From UHGV virus genome UHGV-0351843: a DNA stretch of 32,013 bases; one strand, written 5' to 3'. The number at the start of each line of letters is the position of its first letter. Within the stretch, counting starts at the first letter, position 1. The notes under the pieces were generated by a model. It was not told the DNA's origin and did no database searches. It saw only the letters and a program-made list of their open reading frames with translations. Positions 1 to 7,775 of this stretch are shown piece after piece. Position numbers and translations under genes: made by a program. This stretch comes from a virus.

Positions 1-486
1 TATCGCGTCCTCAACAATGAATTTTGTGATGCAGTGCCTGGTGCCTCCAGGTGACGTTAACCAGTTAACAATTAACGCCGGATACAGAGAATCCACCCAT
101 AACACTGTTTTTGGTTTTAACTGTTCCGCGTGCGCTTAGCCGCATTCACCGCATCACAAAATTCACTTTAAAAACGGCGGCAGAGCAGTCACGGAGTAAA
201 ACTGATACCGCCAAACGTCACCAGAAAATTGATAACAGAGGGCGTTGCAGCGGGGTTGTCACTTAAGCGTATGGTCAACCTGACAACTCGGTGTCCTCAA
301 CGGGGAAGGAATAACCCCGCCATACTTACCGCCGCGCCATTTCGCGGGTTGCCACAACCGGAAGCGCACGGTCGAATTAAATTTAACGACACCGTACAGT
401 GAGACGAACTTCGCCGTGCGCTTTCGTGTTGTGTGCCTGCTTTTAACCACGTCAGGCGAGGTGGTATCCTTAAAATCACCACAGTT

Positions 487-1104
487 TTAAGGATTCATTA
501 AGCAATGTCGCAACCACCAATAAATCCGCTTAAGAACATGAAAATTGATTACTGGTATAAAGCGCTTACAGTTGTTGGCGCTGCGTTGTTTGTCTTTAAT
601 GGAACGTCTTTTTTTGACAGATATCCCGTTGTTCCATTGGGTTTTTTGTCCTCCGGCATCTTTTTTATTGGTTTGGGGGAGTGGATTAATCACCCTCTCA
701 AAGTGAGATTTATTGGTCCTGGAGTTTGGACTCGTGGATATAATCGTTCTTCGTGCGCACTCGGTATCATCTTCGACATACTTGGTTGTTTCCTGATTGT
801 TACAGGAGTCGTCAAGTTCTTCTGATGTAAAACCGCAAATGGGGCACGTAACGGGAATTTTGAAAAGCGTTTCTCCGGGTTCCAGAACAAAATTTTCTGC
901 GGTCTGATTTTGCTTCTCATATTTGTGCTCCGCGTCATTGTGAGAGCACATTCTTATTCTGAGTGCCTGTTTAAACTCACTGAAGCTGAGAGCTTCTTCG
1001 CCTTCGGCAAGACCTTCGAAGTATTCTTCGTAAGCCTTTTCCATGATTGTGTCGAAATCCATATCACTCACCTGAGTTTCTTTCCAGCCAGCGACGGGCA
1101 CCAT
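487..1104 (-). CDS. hypothetical early-leftward protein, acidic N-terminus with a CPICG Cys motif; probable start at Met15 (~1062); true 3' extent uncertain
   Basis: Long minus-strand ORF in the supplied track. An internal ATG at about 1060-1062 is preceded by GGTGAG and sits 1 nt after the stop of the upstream minus-strand ORF (1064..1300), suggesting translational coupling. It conflicts with the antisense plus-strand ORF 505..825, so one of the two is probably an antisense artefact. Confidence 0.3.
   Translation of the reverse strand: MVPVAGWKETQVSDMDFDTIMEKAYEEYFEGLAEGEEALSFSEFKQALRIRMCSHNDAEHKYEKQNQTAENFVLEPGETLFKIPVTCPICGFTSEELDDSCNNQETTKYVEDDTECARRTIISTSPNSRTNKSHFERVINPLPQTNKKDAGGQKTQWNNGISVKKRRSIKDKQRSANNCKRFIPVINFHVLKRIYWWLRHCLMNP
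505..825 (+). CDS. alternative reading: small membrane protein with two predicted hydrophobic helices
   Basis: ATG at 505 with AGGA about 13 nt upstream. The translation has two long hydrophobic stretches (LTVVGAALFVF and GIIFDILGCFLIVTGVV). It lies fully antisense to the 487..1104 ORF, and the two cannot be resolved from sequence alone. Confidence 0.3.
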   Translation: MSQPPINPLKNMKIDYWYKALTVVGAALFVFNGTSFFDRYPVVPLGFLSSGIFFIGLGEWINHPLKVRFIGPGVWTRGYNRSSCALGIIFDILGCFLIVTGVVKFF

Positions 1105-1300
1105 TTTCGGTTTTAAACGTTTTGCTTTTGGTATACGTCATCGCGGTGAACGTACCGTCCTGGTTGGGGAACACGCCACATACCGGAGATTCGCTGTTGC
1201 CAAGATCGATAGTATCCATGCTGACCTCATTTCCCCTTAACGCCGGGGTAGCGGAACAAAAACCTGCTGCATAGTTATTAAAGTTGAACCCTGCCGTCAT
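1064..1300 (-). CDS. small hypothetical protein of the leftward early operon; start may be the internal Met at ~1219
   Basis: Six-frame ORF whose stop abuts the next leftward start. Its position between the repressor and leftward genes resembles the small ORFs left of the repressor in Rac-type prophages (recalled, not verified). Confidence 0.3.
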   Translation of the reverse strand: MTAGFNFNNYAAGFCSATPALRGNEVSMDTIDLGNSESPVCGVFPNQDGTFTAMTYTKSKTFKTENGARRWLERNSGE

Positions 1301-1516
1301 GTTCTTACGCCTCGGGCTGGCTACTTAACCCCTGACCACTGCCTGGTAACTCGAAGTATTGCCCTGCATTCTGTGGGGCGGGGTGGGTGGCAGGCATATA
1401 ATGTACTTTTCGTTCATTGTTGTAAAGTACTTTTAGTACATTTTGTGTGTAAAAAAATGAGATGGGATAAAGTGAAGCACAAACCCGGAGGAAGGCGCTA
1501 CCGGATTTATGCTGGT
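1301..1516 (-). promoter_or_regulatory. putative leftward early promoter/operator region (pL-like) with repeated GTAC-containing motifs
   Basis: Intergenic region between the repressor 3' end and the leftward genes. It contains repeated GTACTTTT / AGTAC motifs (about 1403-1445) and, on the minus strand, a TTTACA followed about 17-18 nt later by an AT-rich -10-like hexamer. Confidence 0.3.
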
Positions 1517-1936
1517 TTAAGAGGCTTTTTGTTTTTTCTTTCGTGCTAACTCTTCGTAAATTGCATTGTACTTCTGTTTTTTCTCTTCAAGAGTTTTTAA
1601 AAGTTCATCTGTCTCACTGTCAGGGAGCTCGTCCAGAAGGTCAATGATGATTTTTTGTCTTGGATTTAACTCCTGATAGAAACGTACCTGTCCACTTTCT
1701 TCTGTATCCTCTCCCAAAAGATAGGTTGGTGTTGTTCCTATTAGTGTTGCTAATTCCCTTAATTTCTCCCGGCGAGGAATTGTTTCGCCATTAAACCATT
1801 TGCTAACCGCTTTTGGTGTTAATTTCATTCGACGGGCAATTTCTGCCTGCCTTCCATGTTGTTCATAACCAGCGTTTTCACAGGCTAGCGCAAGCCTACT
1901 GGCGAACTCTTTACGCGCTTTATCTTCATGAACCAT
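1517..1936 (-). CDS. phage repressor, HTH XRE family (CI/DicA/RacR-like)
   Basis: 139-aa ORF with an N-terminal HTH-like segment (QAEIARRMKLTPKAVSKWFNGETIP) and a charged C-terminal tail. It is divergently arranged with a Cro-like gene across an ~80-bp intergenic region, the classic immunity-region layout. Confidence 0.8.
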   Translation of the reverse strand: MVHEDKARKEFASRLALACENAGYEQHGRQAEIARRMKLTPKAVSKWFNGETIPRREKLRELATLIGTTPTYLLGEDTEESGQVRFYQELNPRQKIIIDLLDELPDSETDELLKTLEEKKQKYNAIYEELARKKKQKAS

Positions 1937-2015
1937 AAGTTCAATGATATTCGCTCTTGAATGTACTGTCAGTTCTGTTATAGCATGTACTCAAAGTTCA
2001 CATTGTGAGGGTGAT
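1937..2015. promoter_or_regulatory. divergent promoter/operator region between repressor and cro-like gene
   Basis: An 80-bp AT-rich spacer between divergent starts, with repeated TGTACT motifs (about 1962 and 1989) that may be operator half-sites. Confidence 0.4.
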
Positions 2016-2270
2016 ATGAACCAGAAAACACTTGAAGATGTAATCAAAACTGTTCGCGTTGCTGTTGTGGCCGACGTTTGTGGTGTCAGCCAAAGAGCAA
2101 TCTATAAATGGATGGATAACGGAAAATTGCCTCGCACAGAATATACCGGCGAAACAAATTACGCTGAAAAAATCGCTCTTGCATCAAACGGATTATTTTC
2201 TGCCGATGCAATTTTAACTATTGGCAGGAATAAAACTACTACGAAAAAGCTGATGGGAGTTGATTCATGA
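2016..2270 (+). CDS. Cro/YdaS-like small HTH regulator
   Basis: ATG at 2016 preceded by GAGGG. The 84-aa product carries an HTH-like segment (VADVCGVSQRAIYKWMDNGKLP). It is the first gene of the rightward operon opposite the repressor. Confidence 0.65.
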   Translation: MNQKTLEDVIKTVRVAVVADVCGVSQRAIYKWMDNGKLPRTEYTGETNYAEKIALASNGLFSADAILTIGRNKTTTKKLMGVDS

Positions 2271-2692
2271 AAATCAAGCATGAACACATCCGCATGGCGA
2301 TGAATGCCTGGGCGCATCCGGACGGCGAAAAAGTACCGGCTGCGAAAATTACCAAAGCGTATTTCGAGCTGGGAATGACGTTCCCGGAACTGTATGACGA
2401 CAGCCATCCGGAAGCCCTGGCTCGCAATACTCAGAAAATTTTCCGCTGGGTGGAGAAAGACACCCCTGATGCGGTTAAAAAAATTCAGGCGTTGTTACCA
2501 GCTATCGAAAAAGCAATGCCACCTCTGCTGGTGGCCCGAATGCGCAGTCATAGCTCAGCCTATTTTCGGGAACTAGTGGAGACGCGGGAACGACTGGTGA
2601 GAGACGCTGATGATTTTGTCGCAGTGGCGATCGCTGGTTTCAACCAGATGAATCGTGGTGGCCCTGCAGGAAATATTGTGGCTGTGCATTGA
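2267..2692 (+). CDS. YdaT-like (CII-like) regulatory protein
   Basis: 141 aa, start overlapping the upstream stop (ATGA). The N-terminus MKIKHEHI and the overall size match my recollection of the Rac prophage YdaT family. Confidence 0.6.
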   Translation: MKIKHEHIRMAMNAWAHPDGEKVPAAKITKAYFELGMTFPELYDDSHPEALARNTQKIFRWVEKDTPDAVKKIQALLPAIEKAMPPLLVARMRSHSSAYFRELVETRERLVRDADDFVAVAIAGFNQMNRGGPAGNIVAVH

Positions 2693-2763
2693 CTCGCAAT
2701 ATTCATACCGGATCACTTCCGGCAATTTATGAGTAAAAAGATTCGGTATCAAAAGAGGTGAGT

Positions 2764-3834
2764 ATGGCTAACGCCTGGCTCAGATTATGGCATGACATGC
2801 CAAATGACCCTAAGTGGCGAACAATTGCCAGGGTGTCAGGGCAGCCAATTGCAACAGTGATGGCAGTGTATATCCACCTCTTGGTGAGCGCGTCACGAAA
2901 TGTCACGCGAGGTCACATTGATGTCACGACAGAAGATTTGGCAAGTGCGCTCGACGTGACAGAAGAGGTAATTGATTCAATTTTGCAGACGATGCAGGGG
3001 CGGGTACTTGATGGTGATTTAATCACTGGATGGGAAAAACGCCAGGTGCTTAAAGAGGACAACGGCAATATTTCGCAAACCGCAAAATCTCCTGCAGAGC
3101 GCAAGAGGGCGCAGCGAGAGAGGGAAAGAAAGCGGGAACAAAATGGCGATTGTCACGGCGCGTCACGAAATGTCACGCACATGTCACGACGAGTCACGAC
3201 AGATAAAGATACAGATAAAGATACAGATCAAGAAGATCAAAACACTATGGTCCATGGCGTAAAAAACGCCACGAACCAGGCAGGGGATGTTCAGACCGTC
3301 AATCTTGGTCAGCCAGCAGGCACGACACCGGAAGCCGATTCAGCGTATGCGCTGAAAGCCGATTCGGGCGCTGTGCAGCAGGTGATGACCGCAAGGCCGG
3401 AGCAATCACACCAACTGCAGCAGCCCGAAGCCGATTCCGCCATTCAGCGGGAAGCCGATCGGGTAGTCCCGGAAAACACCGGGCAGTCTGTGGGACGAGT
3501 GGATTATCCGGATGTGTTCGAACAGGTCTGGCGGGAGTACCCGTTGCGTGCCGGAGCAAACCCGAAGAAATCCGCTTTCAGTGCCTGGAAGGCCAGATTA
3601 CGCGAGGGGGTGCCACCAGAGGCCATGCTGGATGGCGTGAGGCGTTACGCAAGATACTTGGCGGCTACCGGGAAAACGGGAACGGAATTTGTTCAGCGAG
3701 CGACGACGTTTTTTGGACCGGACCGGAATTTTGAGAACCCCTGGTTGCTCCCGGTAAGCGGCACGAACAACCAGCGTTGTGTGAATCATATTTCTGAACC
3801 GGATAACGAAATTCCGCCGGGCTTCAGGGGGTAA
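2764..3834 (+). CDS. replication initiator (phage replisome-organiser N-terminal domain with YdaU/DUF1376-like C-terminus)
   Basis: ORF 2758..3834 (GTG at 2758; ATG at 2764 with AAGAGGTGAG upstream). It occupies the O-gene position after the cro/cII-like genes and has an iteron array embedded in the coding sequence. The C-terminal segment resembles the YdaU family (recalled). Confidence 0.75.
   Translation: MANAWLRLWHDMPNDPKWRTIARVSGQPIATVMAVYIHLLVSASRNVTRGHIDVTTEDLASALDVTEEVIDSILQTMQGRVLDGDLITGWEKRQVLKEDNGNISQTAKSPAERKRAQRERERKREQNGDCHGASRNVTHMSRRVTTDKDTDKDTDQEDQNTMVHGVKNATNQAGDVQTVNLGQPAGTTPEADSAYALKADSGAVQQVMTARPEQSHQLQQPEADSAIQREADRVVPENTGQSVGRVDYPDVFEQVWREYPLRAGANPKKSAFSAWKARLREGVPPEAMLDGVRRYARYLAATGKTGTEFVQRATTFFGPDRNFENPWLLPVSGTNNQRCVNHISEPDNEIPPGFRG
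2889..2930. repeat. iteron cluster A (GTCACG-type repeats) inside the initiator gene
   Basis: gcgcgtcacgaaatgtcacgc followed by ggtcaca and tgtcacg; about four GTCAC(G/A) copies at roughly 10-bp spacing. Confidence 0.6.
3151..3240. repeat. iteron cluster B plus AT-rich tandem repeat; candidate origin of replication
   Basis: Five GTCACG copies at about 10-bp spacing (near 3152, 3162, 3172, 3183, 3193), including a perfect 21-bp direct repeat of cluster A (gcgcgtcacgaaatgtcacgc). They are followed immediately by the AT-rich tandem agataaagatacagataaagatacagatcaagaagatcaa. Confidence 0.6.
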
Positions 3835-3874
3835 GTGTTAATTTCTGGTCATGAGGTAATTTTCAGGAGGGCTT

Positions 3875-4297
3875 GTGGCAAAAGTTTTTACACAAGAAGA
3901 GCGGGAAAAAATTAAAGGGCAGGTTGTTGAACTCGTACGCCAGAGTGGGCGCGAGACGTTAAGACAACTGGAAACTAAAACTGGGGCAACAAAATATCTG
4001 ATGAACGTTCTGGCCAGAGAGCTGGTTGCCAGTGGCGATGTATACAACTCTGGTTACGGGTTATTCCCGTCTGAACAGGCGCGTAAGGACTGGCAAAATG
4101 CCCGTAAAAAGCTCTCAAGGGCAAAGCTGAAGAAACCATCTGCGGTTGATCCGGACCTTATCTGGTCATTACCTGATGGAGAAATACGTCGTTACGACAG
4201 GCGTCATAATATGATTTGTACTGAGTGTCGTAAAAGCGAAGTTATGCAGCGCATATTGTCGTTTTATCAGGGGGATGTTCGGTATTTATTGAAGTGA
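3875..4297 (+). CDS. hypothetical protein (GTG start) in the position of the second replication gene
   Basis: 140-aa ORF with AGGAGG 5 nt upstream of GTG. No recognisable DnaC/P/DnaB signature was seen by eye. Confidence 0.5.
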   Translation: MAKVFTQEEREKIKGQVVELVRQSGRETLRQLETKTGATKYLMNVLARELVASGDVYNSGYGLFPSEQARKDWQNARKKLSRAKLKKPSAVDPDLIWSLPDGEIRRYDRRHNMICTECRKSEVMQRILSFYQGDVRYLLK

Positions 4298-4559
4298 CGA
4301 GATTAAAGTGCATTAGTTCAGATGCAAATTGACATTTTGTGGCACAGGGTAGAGCTAGCGTGGTTGTCCGCTTTGTGCCAACAGCGGACATTATGGAAGG
4401 TCAGAGTTAAAGATTAAAATGGGATGCTGTGTGTTTTCTCCAGGTTTTGCTCTATACCTTTCGGGATACTCCACCGACAGAATACGAAAATCAACATTAT
4501 CAACGGCTCGAAGTGTCTAGATTATCCATGGCAATTCATGGGAAATCCCATCCAACGGC

Positions 4560-5951
4560 TTATGCTTCATGTTGCTTTTTGAGATCGCTTCTAGCATAGC
4601 TCCACTCAATAATGTTGTCGGGTCGTTGCTGATCGAAAAGGATACGGGATTCAATACCATTACCTAAAAAGCTGGTATTCCCATCTACGTAAGAAGCTAT
4701 CCCTTGTGAACCAACACGAAGAATATTTTCTAATGGCTGCTTTGTTCTTGCTGCATCGCTAAGGAGATATAAACCCGGGTACGTTTTGTTAGCACGGTGA
4801 AAAAAAAGTTCATTGTCAAAACACATGACGATGATTATTTGTCCCGACATGAGATCGGAGAGCATTTCAGTTGGCAGATGCAAACTCATAAATGGTCGAG
4901 ACAAAGGGTCAAAGAATGAATCATTTATATTCACAACAGGGCTTTTTATACCGAGACTATCCATCCATCCATTGAAGGCAACAAAGCCCATTTCAGAATC
5001 ACGGTACATACCTAAGAACAAACATTCATCAATAGTATCAATTGCCCAATTTTTTCCTCCGCGAATAATCTCCCACATTTTAACTAAGCGGTGGGTATAA
5101 AATTCAGACGGATGATCTATCTCATTGATTTTAACTTTAGACTGATGAAAGTTGTCAAAGCCCTCGCCAGTATTAATCGCCTCCAGAACATTCATGCCAC
5201 GAATGATTTGCCTTTTTATGCGATTAAATTGCTTAACATCATTATCAGGCATATTGTTAATGAAGTTTTCTTCAAAGTGCGGACATTCTGAGATAACAGA
5301 AAATTCAGCAGCTTCATAAAGCTCATTATTCTTTTCACCTGTTTTAACTTCCACGAGCTGGAAGCCATCCAGTAGATTAAAGGTGACTAAATCTCCCACA
5401 TGAACAAATGTGCTCATGTCAGAGACAATCGCTACGGAGTGTTTGTCCTGGTTGATAAGATCGGCTGCGACCATAGAATCAATTATGTTATCTTCTGATA
5501 GATTGTCATTGCTTGCATTAATAGGTAAACGCCGCAAACTAGAGTGTTCTTCATCAAGAATGCTCCAAATTATTGAGTCAATACAACGGCGAAGAATAAG
5601 AATTTCAAATTTTTTTAAACTTATTTCATCAATACACTTTTCTTTATTTTCTTTATCCTTGTTTCGATGGTGCTCTTTTTTTTCAGTTTCCAATCTTTTT
5701 ATATCTCTCAGCCGAATAATAATCTCAAAAGATATGATTTTTTGTGAGTCTTTCCAATTTTTGAGACAGGTTTCATACTCTGCAAGAAAATCCTCATCAT
5801 TGGAAGGTAGTTCTTGAATTGGATTCCCTCCCCTTATCATTTTGGCAAGTGCATGCATTAAAGATACATAATGAGGTGATAAAATTGTCCAAAACTTCCT
5901 AAACGGTTTGTACTTTTCAAGAAAAGTTGACTCATCAGTATAATTCATCAT
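4560..5951 (-). CDS. hypothetical protein, candidate defence effector with a possible PD-(D/E)xK-like motif
   Basis: 463-aa minus-strand ORF (track 4560..5957 begins at TTG; ATG at 5949-5951 with GAGG upstream) in an AT-rich island. The central segment HVGDLVTFNLLDGFQLVEVKTGEK fits a D...(E)xK nuclease-type motif. It lies directly downstream of the AbiH-like gene on the same strand. Confidence 0.7.
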   Translation of the reverse strand: MMNYTDESTFLEKYKPFRKFWTILSPHYVSLMHALAKMIRGGNPIQELPSNDEDFLAEYETCLKNWKDSQKIISFEIIIRLRDIKRLETEKKEHHRNKDKENKEKCIDEISLKKFEILILRRCIDSIIWSILDEEHSSLRRLPINASNDNLSEDNIIDSMVAADLINQDKHSVAIVSDMSTFVHVGDLVTFNLLDGFQLVEVKTGEKNNELYEAAEFSVISECPHFEENFINNMPDNDVKQFNRIKRQIIRGMNVLEAINTGEGFDNFHQSKVKINEIDHPSEFYTHRLVKMWEIIRGGKNWAIDTIDECLFLGMYRDSEMGFVAFNGWMDSLGIKSPVVNINDSFFDPLSRPFMSLHLPTEMLSDLMSGQIIIVMCFDNELFFHRANKTYPGLYLLSDAARTKQPLENILRVGSQGIASYVDGNTSFLGNGIESRILFDQQRPDNIIEWSYARSDLKKQHEA

Positions 5952-6040
5952 AACCAAACCTCATTCCTCTTATCTATTTTCCTCAAGGTATAAAATACCA
6001 GCCTTTTTTACATAATTATAGTTATAATATGAAGTCTCAT

Positions 6041-6910
6041 TCAGATATCTTCATACTGTACGTAAGAAATATTTGAGCCTCTGATACCATAATCTTCTAA
6101 ACTGCCTGATTTTTTCTCACCTCTATATAAAGCAACTATCCATCGAGCATTTTCTTGGATGCTTTTATTTATTTCAGTAAAGTATTCACCGTCAACTTCG
6201 GCGAGCGAGTGGCCTAAAACGATGACCTCGTCCACATTTTTAAGCGATGAGAAAAAAACGTTTTCTTCTTTAATTATGTCTTCGCTGGGCTTGAATGTAT
6301 TACCGAAGTATTCGTTTATTCTGTCGTATGCCTCTGCTATTCTTGTATCTTGATCCGGTCCTATATATGGATTTAGTGACTTTTCCACCCTAAAACTATG
6401 ACCAAGTATGAGATCGTCATCGTAACTACAATTGCCGTGAATATGTATGATTTGCTCGTCTGGAACGGCATAGATCTGCTGCAAGGTATTTGTATAATTA
6501 AATGAAAAATAGATGCTTTCTCTTGGTATGGGCGGGATGTATTGCTTAGGATTGTAAGCATCGGCTATGTTAATCCCTTTAACCCAATCAGCGAATTGCT
6601 CCTTCAAACGAGCTGACAGCATTTGTGTGATTTTATTTACTTCATATTGGTAATCGTGATGATAAGCATCGCTCCAATCATCGGTATTGTATGAAGCCAA
6701 AAATATCTCACTGTTTTGAAGGATAAGCTCATAATCAATTTCACCTAAAGCATTTTCTAACTCATTCCACTCGTCCCCAGCAGGAATGTATTCTTCTATC
6801 GCGTCATATAGATCTTGGTCATTTTTTTCTACATACGACTTAAAGTGCTTGTATCCTGTTGGTAAGCCATGACGCATGTCAAATCCATTTCCTATTATGT
6901 AAAGCCTCAT
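6041..6910 (-). CDS. AbiH-like abortive-infection family protein
   Basis: ORF 6041..6961; the likely start is Met18 at 6908-6910 with AAGGGA upstream. The N-terminus MRLYIIGNGFDMRHGLPTGYKHF matches my recollection of the conserved N-terminal motif of the AbiH family; this needs HMM confirmation. AT-rich codon usage unlike the flanking phage genes. Confidence 0.65.
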   Translation of the reverse strand: MRLYIIGNGFDMRHGLPTGYKHFKSYVEKNDQDLYDAIEEYIPAGDEWNELENALGEIDYELILQNSEIFLASYNTDDWSDAYHHDYQYEVNKITQMLSARLKEQFADWVKGINIADAYNPKQYIPPIPRESIYFSFNYTNTLQQIYAVPDEQIIHIHGNCSYDDDLILGHSFRVEKSLNPYIGPDQDTRIAEAYDRINEYFGNTFKPSEDIIKEENVFFSSLKNVDEVIVLGHSLAEVDGEYFTEINKSIQENARWIVALYRGEKKSGSLEDYGIRGSNISYVQYEDI

Positions 6911-7224
6911 TGTTTTTCCCTTAGTCGAATTGTATAAAAATACTAACATGGCCTGCTCCACGTTGACTACTATCCCCTCCTTTGAGTAATGCCTTCATCA
7001 GATGTAACAACATTTGCGAGCTTCCACAGTTCGCTCAAAGCGGACTAGAAGGTTAGCTTGCGTCGGACTTGGCGTATTTAAAGAAGTGCTGGTGGAGACT
7101 GGTTGTTGTGTTCCATTTCTACAGAACAAAATCACAGAAACTATACCCAATAGTTATATTGAATCAATGATGAGACAGCCTCATATTTATCAGGACTGGT
7201 GTACGTCCAATACAGGAGGTTGTC

Positions 7225-7314
7225 GTGCTGGTTCTCAAATGTGCGCTAGCTATTGCGGCTGTAATGGCAATTTATTGTCTTGCTGTTGTTCTTACGGATC
7301 GCCTTTCTGATTGA
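7225..7314 (+). CDS. candidate small hydrophobic peptide (29 aa)
   Basis: AGGAGG followed 5 nt later by GTG. The translation VLVLKCALAIAAVMAIYCLAVVLTDRLSD is a single predicted TM helix with a short charged tail. It overlaps the 98-aa track ORF 7014..7310 in another frame. Confidence 0.3.
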   Translation: MLVLKCALAIAAVMAIYCLAVVLTDRLSD

Positions 7315-7525
7315 TTTTATATTGGCGAGGTGACGTGAGTTAAGTAGAATTGCTGCGGGTGCTTGAGGCTATCTGCCTCAGGCATGAACACCAAAGGCAG
7401 ATAGAGAAAAGCCCCAGTTAACATTACGCGTCCTGCAAGACGCTTAACATTAATCTGAGGCCAATTTCATGCTAGACACATGTAGGTTAGCCTCTTACGT
7501 GCCGAAAGGCAAGGAGAAGCAGGCT

Positions 7526-7681
7526 ATGAAGCAGCAAAAGGCGATGTTAATCGCCCTGATCGTCATCTGTTTAACCGTCATAGTGACGGCACTGGTAACG
7601 AGGAAAGACCTCTGCGAGGTACGAATCCGAACCGGCCAGACGGAGGTCGCTGTCTTCACAGCTTACGAACCTGAGGAGTAA
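7526..7681 (+). CDS. hok: Hok/Gef-family type I toxin
   Basis: 51-aa product MKQQKAMLIALIVICLTVIVTALVTRKDLCEVRIRTGQTEVAVFTAYEPEE with AAGGAG upstream. It has the Hok family signature (N-terminal TM helix plus the CEVR motif) and matches my recollection of HokD/RelF-type chromosomal Hok proteins. An in-frame upstream ATG at 7469 could give a Mok-like extension. Confidence 0.85.
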   Translation: MKQQKAMLIALIVICLTVIVTALVTRKDLCEVRIRTGQTEVAVFTAYEPEE

Positions 7682-7750
7682 GAGACCAGGCGAGGGAGAA
7701 ATCCCTCGCCACCTCTGATGTGTCAGGCATCCTCAATGCACCCGCACTTA

Positions 7751-7775
7751 ACCCGCTTCGGCGGGTTTATTTTAT
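7751..7775 (+). terminator. rho-independent terminator downstream of hok
   Basis: Stem acccgc / ttcg / gcgggt followed by a T-rich run (tttatttta). Confidence 0.6.

Noticed and set aside
259-482. Two overlapping minus-strand ORFs (61-63 aa) at the window start
   Set aside because: No SD or start context, mutually overlapping, and the translations look random. The region is more likely untranslated leader or regulatory DNA of the leftward operon.
3201-3240. Short tandem repeat agataaagataca... considered as a CRISPR-like or VNTR array
   Set aside because: Only about 2.5 copies of a 12-bp unit, inside a coding sequence and adjacent to iterons. It is better explained as the AT-rich element of an origin and a DKDT linker than as a CRISPR array.
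7014-7310. 98-aa plus-strand ORF with Cys/Gly-rich C-terminus
   Set aside because: No ribosome-binding site at its start. A better-supported 29-codon ORF with a strong SD overlaps it in another frame. I kept the microcin-like Cys-rich tail only as a note.
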